Below are positions 8,359 through 16,335 of a stretch of 39,404 nucleotides of DNA, piece by piece. A program made the translations under genes and the position numbers. A model generated the notes under the pieces. It was not told the DNA's origin, ran no database searches, and saw only the letters and a list, made by a program, of their open reading frames with translations. Position 1 is the first letter of the stretch; the number at the start of each line of letters is the position of its first letter. Source of the DNA: Eubacteriales bacterium (GTDB lineage: Bacteria; Bacillota; Clostridia; Oscillospirales; CAG-382); NCBI GenBank assembly GCA_045649365.1, contig JAZRPU010000253.1, forward strand, positions 1 through 39,404, read 5' to 3'.

Positions 8359-9666
8359 TTAAGCGTCTTTAAAAATAAAGCTTAACACTTGTTCCGCGCT
8401 CATGGAACGTATATTATCAGGGTCTGTAAGAAAGGGCTTTTCTCCTTCTGTGTACCAAGAAAAAATTCCTGTATCTCCTTCTCTAAAATCAGTGTATTCT
8501 TTAAAGCTTTTGAGAGAAGCGGGATAACGGGCGTACCATTTGCTGAAGTAGGTTTTCATGTAATGGTCTGCCAATTTATACGCCTCGCATTCTTCGCTTT
8601 CTCCAATAGCTCCTATTTGAACACCTCCGCCTGCTTCGCCTGTTCGTGAATCTGATGGGGTAGAATGAGCAATAACAATACTTCCATCATCGCACGTTCC
8701 TAAGCAGAGCCAAACGTGCCCGCTTTTGCTTACAATATCCCCAGGTAAAAGGTCACCCATGGCTGCTATCGGGTTGTTTCCAATGTTTTTTGAGAAGCTT
8801 CCCCAGCCTCTTGAAGAAAAGTTTTTTGCCATTTCAGATGCTGACATAACGTAGCCTTCTTTTCCGTTTTCTGTGTTTACTACGTTATAAATCATCCAGC
8901 CGATATATCCTGAACAATCAAGTCCCGCATAGTAATATTCATTCCATTTACCGTGGGGGAAATAGCTGTTTTCCTTGTCGTTTGAATTTATGTATGAAAA
9001 TCTGTTGTTCTGTTCGTTGAAGAATTTTACCCATGAATCTGCTACGCCAATAGAAACAGCTTCTTTTGATGGGCCTATGTCTTGCCAATCCCAACCGCCA
9101 CCATATATGTAAAGTGATGTTCCAACGGGCATCATGGCAGTTGAAATCAAGTTTGTTATTGTTTTTTCTCCAGCGGATGCGGGCACAACGGGAGTAAATT
9201 TATCATTGGGATTAATTACGGGCGAAATTTCTTCCGCATTAATAACTTTTTTGTTTTCGACGGTTATATTATAGGTATAACCTCGTTTCAGAGTGTTTTG
9301 AATGCTGTATGAATAGTTTCCGTCGGAAGATAGCTCTCCGTTGCTTACAGAAAAAATCTTTTCTTCACTGTCTATTTTGAAAACGTATTTGAATTTGTCC
9401 TTGCCGGAAGTATTGATTCCATCGTTTCCAAATCCGTAAACACCGCAATAAACAGCTTCAAACGTTTCTTTTGATTTCAGACTTTCTTCTGAAAATTGTT
9501 CTTTATCTTCACTTTTTTGCGCTTCGGTGTTGGTGCTTTCCTCTGGAGAGTTAGAAATCTCTGATGATTGTGGAGCTTCGGCTTTGGAGCATGAAGAAAG
9601 CAATAATATGATTAATAAGAATATAGTAAAAGTTTTTAGCTTAAGATTAACTTTTGTTTTTTCCAT
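8359..9666 (-). CDS. Lipoprotein with C-terminal NlpC/P60 (C40) cysteine peptidase-like domain
   Basis: Lipobox LLLSSC. Ser/Glu-rich linker. Catalytic-type motifs GLDCSGYIGW and SGHVWLCLG. Confidence 0.75.
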   Translation of the reverse strand: MEKTKVNLKLKTFTIFLLIILLLSSCSKAEAPQSSEISNSPEESTNTEAQKSEDKEQFSEESLKSKETFEAVYCGVYGFGNDGINTSGKDKFKYVFKIDSEEKIFSVSNGELSSDGNYSYSIQNTLKRGYTYNITVENKKVINAEEISPVINPNDKFTPVVPASAGEKTITNLISTAMMPVGTSLYIYGGGWDWQDIGPSKEAVSIGVADSWVKFFNEQNNRFSYINSNDKENSYFPHGKWNEYYYAGLDCSGYIGWMIYNVVNTENGKEGYVMSASEMAKNFSSRGWGSFSKNIGNNPIAAMGDLLPGDIVSKSGHVWLCLGTCDDGSIVIAHSTPSDSRTGEAGGGVQIGAIGESEECEAYKLADHYMKTYFSKWYARYPASLKSFKEYTDFREGDTGIFSWYTEGEKPFLTDPDNIRSMSAEQVLSFIFKDA

Positions 9667-9667
9667 T

Positions 9668-9704
9668 AAAGAAAATCTCCTTGTCTTAATACTTACAAGG
9701 AGAT
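9668..9704 (-). terminator. Intrinsic terminator after the ylmC-like gene; its 3' arm contains the RBS of the C40 lipoprotein gene
   Basis: Perfect 10-bp stem on the minus-strand RNA, AUCUCCUUGU (9704-9695) / ACAAGGAGAU (9684-9675), with a 10-nt loop. It is followed by UUUUCUUUA and then the AUG at 9666. Confidence 0.6.
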
Positions 9705-9731
9705 TATATCAGAAAGCTGTTGATTTTTCAA
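9703..9731 (-). promoter_or_regulatory. Near-consensus sigma-A promoter for the C40 lipoprotein gene, nested in the terminator
   Basis: Minus strand: TTGAAA (9731-9726), 17-nt spacer, TGa-TATAAT (9711-9703). The -10 overlaps the first 2 nt of the hairpin 5' arm. Confidence 0.6.
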
Positions 9732-9733
9732 TA

Positions 9734-9994
9734 TTATGTAATTCTTTTTCTTTCGCAGAGCATCTCGAAATTATTAACGAGTATAATATCATTTCCTATT
9801 CTTTCAATACATTCCCAAGGAATTTTGCAATTATCTTTCGTTGAAAAAATATTGAAATATTTTCCGGGAGGAGGGAGAATAACAGACAATATTCTGCCGC
9901 ATGAATCTATTTCCACGTCTATAATATATCCAAGACGTTTTCCGTCGGTTACAGATATAACCTCTTTATCTTTTAGCAGGTTGAATGTGAGCAT
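9734..9994 (-). CDS. YlmC/YmxH-family (PRC-barrel) sporulation protein
   Basis: 86 aa. KDKEVISVTDGKRLGYIIDVEIDSCGRILSVI is the family signature. It lies immediately downstream of spoIVA. Confidence 0.85.
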   Translation of the reverse strand: MLTFNLLKDKEVISVTDGKRLGYIIDVEIDSCGRILSVILPPPGKYFNIFSTKDNCKIPWECIERIGNDIILVNNFEMLCERKRIT

Positions 9995-10013
9995 TGTTAT
10001 AGCTCCTTTCTTT

Positions 10014-11492
10014 TTATAAAAGAATACATATCATTCCACCGCTTCCTTCGTTTATAACTTTTTGAAGCGTGTCGGAAAGCTTGGTACGGGCATCGGCGGG
10101 CATGTGAGCGATTTTACTGTTCAGCCCTTCTCTTACGAGCTCGTGAAGTGTTTTCCCGAACATATTTGATTCCCAGATTCTTTTCGGGTCTTCCTCAAAT
10201 TCTTTCAACAAAAACTGAACAAGCTCTTCGCTTTGAAGCTCTGTTCCCACCATTGGACTAACTTCTGTTTCTATGTTAGCTTTTATGAGATGAATTGAAG
10301 GCGCTGATGCTTTCAGTTTTACTCCGTATCCTCCCGATTGCTTTACGATTTCAGGCTCTTCCAAAGAGAGTTGGTCTACCGTGGGCATAACTATTCCATA
10401 TCCCGTTTCGTTCAATTCTTCAAGAGCTACCGCAATTTTATCATATTCAGATTTTACTTTCGAAAGCGACGTGAGGAGAGTTATTAAGCCTTCCTTGTCT
10501 TTTATTTCAAAACCACTTTGAGAACCCAAAATATCGTAGAAAACTTCTTCGGGAATGACTACTGAAAGAAAACCTTTTCCTTTTCCCAAAAGTGTTTTTT
10601 CGGGTTTGACGCTTGCTTTCCATTGATTTTCCCCGAAATCAAAGGAGCTTGGAGAAATGTGACGTACCTTTGAAATGTTTTCTCCGGATGAGCGAATCCC
10701 ATTTATTATTTGAGATTTTAACAGATGCTCATCGGGGAGCGTTTTTATCCACGTTGGAATGGTAACGTTTATTTCTTTTACGGGAAATTCCAAAAGAACG
10801 TTTGAAAGAATATCTTTTATATCCTTTTCCGAAAGATTGAAACAGTCTGTGGGAATTACTGACACGCCATATTCTTTTTCTAATTCTTCTGCAAGGGAAA
10901 GACTTTGAGAGGAAAAAGGATTTTTAGAGTTTAACAAAATAACAAAGGGTTTGTTTATAGCTTTAAGTTGAGATACCGCCTTTTTTTCTGCTTCAATATA
11001 GCTTTCTCTTGGTATGTCGCATATACTTCCGTCGGTAGTTATTAAAACGCCTATGGTTGAGTGTTCTTCTATAACCTTTTTTGTTCCTGTTTCTGCTGCT
11101 TTTTCAAAGGGCATTCTTTCTTTTGACCAAGGAGTCATTACCATTCTTGGCTCTCCATCTTCAAAATGTCCCAATGCTCCCTCAACAAGATATCCTACAC
11201 AATCAACTAATTTAATTTTAAAGGAAACGTTGTCATCGAGGGTTATTTCCACAGCTTCGTCGGGAATGAATTTTGGCTCCGTTGTCATAACTGTTCTTCC
11301 TGAAGCGGATTGCGGCATTTCGTCATTGGCTCTGTCTTTAACGAAATTATCTTTTATGTTTGGTAAAACGATTTTCTCCATGAATTTTTTAATAAACGTG
11401 CTTTTCCCCGTTCTTACGGGACCTACAACTCCTATGTAAATGTCACCGCCCGTTCTGGCGGCGATATCCTTGTAAATATCGTTCTTTGCCAT
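10014..11492 (-). CDS. spoIVA: Stage IV sporulation protein A (spore coat basement-layer ATPase)
   Basis: 492 aa. N-terminus IYKDIAARTGGDIYIGVVGPVRTGKSTFIKKFME with a Walker A motif. Full-length SpoIVA pattern. Confidence 0.95.
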   Translation of the reverse strand: MAKNDIYKDIAARTGGDIYIGVVGPVRTGKSTFIKKFMEKIVLPNIKDNFVKDRANDEMPQSASGRTVMTTEPKFIPDEAVEITLDDNVSFKIKLVDCVGYLVEGALGHFEDGEPRMVMTPWSKERMPFEKAAETGTKKVIEEHSTIGVLITTDGSICDIPRESYIEAEKKAVSQLKAINKPFVILLNSKNPFSSQSLSLAEELEKEYGVSVIPTDCFNLSEKDIKDILSNVLLEFPVKEINVTIPTWIKTLPDEHLLKSQIINGIRSSGENISKVRHISPSSFDFGENQWKASVKPEKTLLGKGKGFLSVVIPEEVFYDILGSQSGFEIKDKEGLITLLTSLSKVKSEYDKIAVALEELNETGYGIVMPTVDQLSLEEPEIVKQSGGYGVKLKASAPSIHLIKANIETEVSPMVGTELQSEELVQFLLKEFEEDPKRIWESNMFGKTLHELVREGLNSKIAHMPADARTKLSDTLQKVINEGSGGMICILL

Positions 11493-11525
11493 ATCTATTC
11501 CTCCAAAAATAATGTTTTTGGTATA

Positions 11526-11552
11526 TAAATATGTGAAGGTCGGTGGATATAT
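11526..11552 (-). promoter_or_regulatory. Possible sigma-E-type promoter for spoIVA
   Basis: Minus strand: ATA (11552-11550), 16-nt spacer, CATATTTA (11533-11526), compared with the ATA-16/18-CATACA.T consensus. The match is imperfect. Confidence 0.3.
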
Positions 11553-11591
11553 GACAAAAATAGCCCGTAAAAAACATTCGCTTTTTTACGG
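11553..11591 (-). terminator. Rho-independent terminator after the glycerophosphodiesterase gene
   Basis: 10-bp stem CCGTAAAAAA / TTTTTTACGG (11565-11574 / 11582-11591), followed by a T5 run on the minus strand. Confidence 0.55.
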
Positions 11592-11635
11592 ACTATAATT
11601 TATTATATGAAACAAGGGCTTTTGTGAGGTATTTT

Positions 11636-12361
11636 TTATTCCAAAATGTTAGTTGTGATAAATTCAACTCCCAGTTCAATAAGCTCTGCTGCTCTTTCTG
11701 GACTGTCTACTGTCCATACGTTTACAGAAATACCTGCTTCTTTTAAAATTTTCATACTTTCTTCTGTAATAACGGAATGGTGAGCATCATAATCGAAATT
11801 GTATTTTTTCATAAATTCAACAACGTCATCGTTAAAGTTGCCTGTTAGGTATTGAATCGGTTGCGTGGGAAGAATTTCTCTTACTAAAACGAGAGCTTCT
11901 CTTACAAATGAAATGAAAACAACGTTTTCCAAATATTCCTTTTCGTTTATAATATCAATGATTTCTTGTATCTCATCCTTTGTGAAAGCACATTTCAACT
12001 CTAAAATTGCTTTTTTTCCGTATCTCTTGCATATTGAAATATATTCTTCCAAAGTGGGTACTCTTAAATCTGCTCTTGCGGTGTTTCCGTCAACGTCTGT
12101 CAGAATTACGCTTCTTATCTCTTCAAAGGTGCTGGTGGCAATTTCTAAATTCGTTTCGGAAACTCTGCCCGTGTTACCGTCGTGAATTGTGACGTATTTT
12201 CCGTCAGCTGTACGATGAACGTCGGTTTCTATTCCGAAATATTTATCTCTATTTCCCGCGGCAATAAACGCTCTGCAAGAATTTTCTCTTTCCAATCCCG
12301 AAAGGCCGCGGTGAGCAATCATTTTAACGTTTTCACTTTGGATTTTTATTGTGTTTTTCAT
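11636..12361 (-). CDS. Glycerophosphodiester phosphodiesterase (GDPD family)
   Basis: IAHRGLSGLERENS ... GIETDVHRTADG motifs of the GDPD TIM-barrel family, 241 aa. Confidence 0.85.
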   Translation of the reverse strand: MKNTIKIQSENVKMIAHRGLSGLERENSCRAFIAAGNRDKYFGIETDVHRTADGKYVTIHDGNTGRVSETNLEIATSTFEEIRSVILTDVDGNTARADLRVPTLEEYISICKRYGKKAILELKCAFTKDEIQEIIDIINEKEYLENVVFISFVREALVLVREILPTQPIQYLTGNFNDDVVEFMKKYNFDYDAHHSVITEESMKILKEAGISVNVWTVDSPERAAELIELGVEFITTNILE

Positions 12362-12397
12362 AATGATATCTCCTTTAGTTCCTTATATTCCGCCAAT

Positions 12398-12426
12398 ATT
12401 ATATATTTTTTTTATCTTTAAGTCAA
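12398..12426 (-). promoter_or_regulatory. Near-consensus sigma-A promoter for the GDPD gene
   Basis: Minus strand: TTGACT (12426-12421), 17-nt spacer, TATAAT (12403-12398). Confidence 0.6.
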
Positions 12427-12475
12427 TACCTGCATATATAAATTGAAAAAATTAATGTAAATTTACAAAACCCCA

Positions 12476-12504
12476 TTGAAAAATGAGGGAAAATAGTGTA
12501 CAAT
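12476..12504 (+). promoter_or_regulatory. Sigma-A promoter for the CHR pair / citrate synthase / VanY unit
   Basis: TTGAAA (12476-12481), 17-nt spacer ending in TG, TACAAT (12499-12504). Confidence 0.6.
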
Positions 12505-12563
12505 ATAATATCTATAGGTATAACGTGGATAGATGTATGCGTTGAGAAAAGGGGTGTTTATCC

Positions 12564-13154
12564 TTGAACATATTAGCAGATTTATTTTGTACTTATTTCA
12601 GAGTAGGTGCGGTTACTTTTGGCGGTGGATACGCCATGATACCTATTCTCGAGAGGGAAATTGTAAAAAAGAAAAATTGGGTAACCGAAGAGGAGCTGTT
12701 GGATTATTACGCTATATCGCAATGTACTCCAGGGGTTATTGCAGTTAACGCCGCTACCTTTGTAGGTTATAAAAAAGGTGGAGTACTTGGAGCTATCATT
12801 GCCACGTTGGGAGTTATTACTCCGTCTATCATTATTATAACGATTATTGCCAATATGCTATCGATTTTTTCAGATAATAAATACGTTGAAAGTGCCTTTA
12901 AGGGAATCAGCGTTGCGGTTTGCGCTTTGGTTTTAACTACGGTGGTTGGGCTGATTAAGAAAAATGTTAAAAACATTTTTTCTGTGATAATTGCTCTTGG
13001 CGCTTTTGTGGCAATTGGTATTCTTCAACTTTCTCCAATAATTGTTGTTATTTCCGTTCTTTTGGCTTCGCTTTTAAGATTTGTGATAATAAACAGTAAA
13101 ATGGGTGAAAATAAAGAAAATGCCTCGGAAGAAAAGGAGGGGAATGACAAATGA
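12564..13154 (+). CDS. chrA: Short-chain CHR (chromate ion transporter family) protein, first of a pair
   Basis: FRVGAVTFGGGYAMIPILEREIV..K.W CHR signature and multiple TM helices. TTG start 6 nt after the AAAGGGG RBS. Confidence 0.8.
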   Translation: MNILADLFCTYFRVGAVTFGGGYAMIPILEREIVKKKNWVTEEELLDYYAISQCTPGVIAVNAATFVGYKKGGVLGAIIATLGVITPSIIIITIIANMLSIFSDNKYVESAFKGISVAVCALVLTTVVGLIKKNVKNIFSVIIALGAFVAIGILQLSPIIVVISVLLASLLRFVIINSKMGENKENASEEKEGNDK

Positions 13155-13744
13155 CCTTTCTTCTGTTGATATGGGATTTTTTGAAAACAGGAGCATTTGC
13201 TATTGGCGGCGGACTTGCAACGATTCCGTTTTTAAAGGAAATAAGCAAGACGAGAAATTGGTTTACCTTGCAGGAGCTGATGGATTTTATAGCAATATCA
13301 GAATCCACACCGGGCCCTATTGGAATAAACATGGCAACCTATGCGGGTTTTAAAGCTATTTCCAATGAATACAATAGCGGATTGATTGGAATTTTTGGGG
13401 CAATAATTGCTCCTTTGTCACTTGTAGTTCCGTCTGTTATAGCGGTATTATTCGTTGCTAAATTCTATGAAAAATTTAAAACGAATAAATATATAGCTGC
13501 TTCATTTGCTGGAGTAAGAGCTTCTACTGCGGGGCTTATTTGCGGAGCTATGGGAAGCGTTTTCGTTACAATGCTCTGGAATGCAGATGATTGGAAAGAC
13601 ACCCATGACGTGCTTATGGCGATAAACAAGGTTGAAGCCATAGCTTTTGTATTATTTACATTTTTGATTTTCAAGTTCAAGAAACTGCATCCTGTTGTTT
13701 TTATTGCAGCGGGTGCTGTGATAGGCATCGTTTTCAAACTGTAA
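13151..13744 (+). CDS. chrA: Short-chain CHR protein, second of a pair
   Basis: FLKTGAFAIGGGLATIPFLKEI...NW CHR signature. The ATG overlaps the stop codon of the first gene (ATGA at 13151-13154). Confidence 0.8.
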   Translation: MTFLLLIWDFLKTGAFAIGGGLATIPFLKEISKTRNWFTLQELMDFIAISESTPGPIGINMATYAGFKAISNEYNSGLIGIFGAIIAPLSLVVPSVIAVLFVAKFYEKFKTNKYIAASFAGVRASTAGLICGAMGSVFVTMLWNADDWKDTHDVLMAINKVEAIAFVLFTFLIFKFKKLHPVVFIAAGAVIGIVFKL

Positions 13745-13764
13745 TTTTTATGAAGGGAGAAAAT

Positions 13765-15138
13765 ATGAGTAAAATAGATCCTAAATATTCTAAAATAACC
13801 CCCGAAATAGTTCGTTTGGCTCAAACTGCCAGAGACGTGGGATATATCGACCCTGCTTTGTATGAAAAGTATCACGTTAAAAGAGGACTGAGAGATATAA
13901 ACGGACAAGGTGTTTTAACGGGACTTACTGAAATTGCTGAAGTTCACTCTTATTCAATTGTTGATGCGGAATACGTTCCTTGTGAAGGAAAGCTTTTTTA
14001 CCGCGGAATCGATTTGGAAGAGATGGTGGAAAGCTACAAGAAAAATAATTCCTTTGGCTTTGAAGAAACAACGTATTTGCTTATGTTTGGACTGTTGCCT
14101 TCAAGAGAGGAATTAGAGGGCTTTAAAAAGCTTTTGAATGAATATCGAGTTTTGCCAACGGGCTTTGTTCGCGACGTTATACTCAAAGCTCCCAGCAGAG
14201 ATGTTATGAACTCTTTGGCAAGAAGCGTTCTTACTCTTTATTCATACGATGCAAATGCTGACGATACCTCTGTTGAGAACGTTTTAAGACAATCGCTTCA
14301 GCTTATTGCTACTTTCCCTATGCTTGCATTGTATAGTTATCAGGCTTTTAAACATTATCACGATTTTGGTGACCTTTTGATAAGAACTCCCAATCCTGAA
14401 TATACAACAGCACAAAATATCCTCAATCTTTTAAGACCAGACGGAAAGTTTACAGATATAGAAGCAAAGGCGCTTGACCTTTGTCTTGTTATCCACGCGG
14501 ACCACGGAGGAGGAAACAACTCTGCCTTTACAACTCACGTTGTAACTTCCACGGGAACGGATACTTATTCTGCCATTGCGGCGGCATTAGGCTCTCTCAA
14601 AGGTCCAAGACATGGAGGAGCCAATATTAAAGTTGTTAAAATGATAGACGATATCAAAGAACACATTAACGATTGGGAAGATGAAGAAGCAATCAAAGAA
14701 TATCTTAATGATATCCTTGATAAAAAAGCTTTCGATAAAAGTGGCTTGATATATGGTGCTGGACATGCGGTATATTCATTGTCTGACCCTCGTGCAAAGG
14801 TTTTCAAAAGCTTTGTTGAAAAGCTTGCAGAAGAAAACGGAAAAACTGAAGAATTTCGTCTTTACAGCAGAATTGAAAAGCTCGCTCCCGAGGTTATCAT
14901 GGCGAGAAGAAAAATTTTCAAGGGTGTTTGTGTTAACGTTGACTTCTATAGCGGATTCGTTTACAGAATGTTGGGCTTGCCTCCTGAACTTTTCACTCCT
15001 ATATTTGCTATTGCAAGAATTTCGGGTTGGTGTGCTCATCGTATAGAAGAAATTGTAAACATGGGAAAAATAATTCGTCCTGCGTATAAAAACGTTGCAA
15101 AGCATAAAAAATATATTCCCATGGACGAAAGGAAATAA
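13765..15138 (+). CDS. Citrate synthase (Si-type citrate/2-methylcitrate synthase family)
   Basis: GPRHGGAN, GAGHAVY and NVDFYSG catalytic-region motifs. I chose the start at the ATG 5 nt after the AAGGGAG RBS; the track start at 13750 is in frame 15 nt upstream. Confidence 0.88.
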   Translation: MSKIDPKYSKITPEIVRLAQTARDVGYIDPALYEKYHVKRGLRDINGQGVLTGLTEIAEVHSYSIVDAEYVPCEGKLFYRGIDLEEMVESYKKNNSFGFEETTYLLMFGLLPSREELEGFKKLLNEYRVLPTGFVRDVILKAPSRDVMNSLARSVLTLYSYDANADDTSVENVLRQSLQLIATFPMLALYSYQAFKHYHDFGDLLIRTPNPEYTTAQNILNLLRPDGKFTDIEAKALDLCLVIHADHGGGNNSAFTTHVVTSTGTDTYSAIAAALGSLKGPRHGGANIKVVKMIDDIKEHINDWEDEEAIKEYLNDILDKKAFDKSGLIYGAGHAVYSLSDPRAKVFKSFVEKLAEENGKTEEFRLYSRIEKLAPEVIMARRKIFKGVCVNVDFYSGFVYRMLGLPPELFTPIFAIARISGWCAHRIEEIVNMGKIIRPAYKNVAKHKKYIPMDERK

Positions 15139-15140
15139 TT

Positions 15141-16244
15141 ATGAGCAAAAATACCAAAAACAGAAAAAAGAAGAGTAGTTCCTCTGTTTCTTCGGGAGTT
15201 TTTGTAATAACTTTATTACTCGTTATTGCCGCGGCAGTTGCGGTTTCCTTTGCGGCTTGCGGTGGTAATCAATCATCCGGAGATTCAAGCGAGGGAACAA
15301 AACAAAGCGGCACAGAAGAACAAAGCGGTGTCGCTTCTGAAAACAAATCTGAAGACGTTTCTGCCCCTGTTTCAGACGGGAATGAATCTTCAAATGAAAA
15401 CGCTTCAAAAGCTTCGGGCGATTCTTCTGAAAACACTTCTGAAGACGCTTCAAAAGAAGAATCAACAGACTCTTCTGACCAGATAATTGACACTATGGGT
15501 GGTGGAGAAAAATATTCTCACATTTCATGGTTCAAAGCCGAAAACGGCAGAAGATATGATGCATACGGAGAAAAGAATCCCAGCTACACCTTGGAACAAG
15601 TTGTAACATACGTTAATATCGGCCTTGACGGCCCATATTATACAAACACTTATAAAGCTGACGAAGCGGACGGAAATTTCATTCTTGTTAACAAGTATTC
15701 CTACGTTGATAGAAATTATGTACCTGATAATCTTGTTGAGCTTGATTCATCTTGCAAAATTTCAGGTAAAAGCGTTAAGCTTGTGAAAGAAGCGGCAGAT
15801 GCTTTTAAAAAGCTTTCAGAAGAAGCGGCGGAATTGGAATATTATATATTGGGCATGTCGGGATATCGCAGTTATGCGTATCAGGAGAATTTGTATAACA
15901 GATACCTCCAGAACGATACAAAAGAAAAGGTAGATACCTACAGCGCACGCCCGGGATATTCAGAGCATCACACAGGACTTGCTCTTGACGTTCAGACAAA
16001 TACGGCGTCATTCAGCGAATTTGGTCAGACAAAGGAATATGAATGGCTTTTAGATAATGCTCACAAATATGGTTTTGTTATCCACTACACCTCTGAAAAC
16101 CAATGGATAACAGGATACATGCCTGAAGAATGGCATATAAGATATTTGGGCGTTGATGCCGCAACGTATATTTACGATAATAATTTGTCTGTTGATGAAT
16201 ATTTGGTGATGTATGGTGCAGAAGGCCCTCAAGCTGTGGGTTGA
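15141..16244 (+). CDS. VanY-type D-Ala-D-Ala carboxypeptidase (peptidase M15B) with membrane anchor and Ser/Glu-rich linker
   Basis: N-terminal TM helix, then a low-complexity region of about 70 aa. SEHHTGLALD and EEWHIRY zinc-ligand motifs. Confidence 0.85.
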   Translation: MSKNTKNRKKKSSSSVSSGVFVITLLLVIAAAVAVSFAACGGNQSSGDSSEGTKQSGTEEQSGVASENKSEDVSAPVSDGNESSNENASKASGDSSENTSEDASKEESTDSSDQIIDTMGGGEKYSHISWFKAENGRRYDAYGEKNPSYTLEQVVTYVNIGLDGPYYTNTYKADEADGNFILVNKYSYVDRNYVPDNLVELDSSCKISGKSVKLVKEAADAFKKLSEEAAELEYYILGMSGYRSYAYQENLYNRYLQNDTKEKVDTYSARPGYSEHHTGLALDVQTNTASFSEFGQTKEYEWLLDNAHKYGFVIHYTSENQWITGYMPEEWHIRYLGVDAATYIYDNNLSVDEYLVMYGAEGPQAVG

Positions 16245-16335
16245 TGCACGGTGACAGTTTTATTCGCGTTTTAACTTCAAGGAAGGAATTGGAGCTTTGA
16301 TATCCTTTCAGGAAAGCTCCATAAGGTAAAATAAT

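Noticed and set aside
11014-11439. 141-aa plus-strand ORF inside spoIVA
   Set aside because: It is antisense to spoIVA. Its Ser/Pro/Thr-rich composition is that of a shadow frame.
13465-13908. 147-aa minus-strand ORF spanning the CHR / citrate synthase junction
   Set aside because: It is antisense to two supported genes and has no start context.
15223-15493. Overlapping ORFs on both strands in the 5' part of the VanY-type gene
   Set aside because: They arise from the low-complexity Ser/Glu/Asn-coding region, which is open in several frames. Only the VanY frame continues into a motif-bearing domain.
16291-16320. Hairpin GGAGCTTT / AAAGCTCC between the VanY-type gene and the ApgM-type gene, considered as a terminator
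   Set aside because: No T-run follows the 8-bp stem. It could be a processing or stability element, but the evidence is too weak to annotate.
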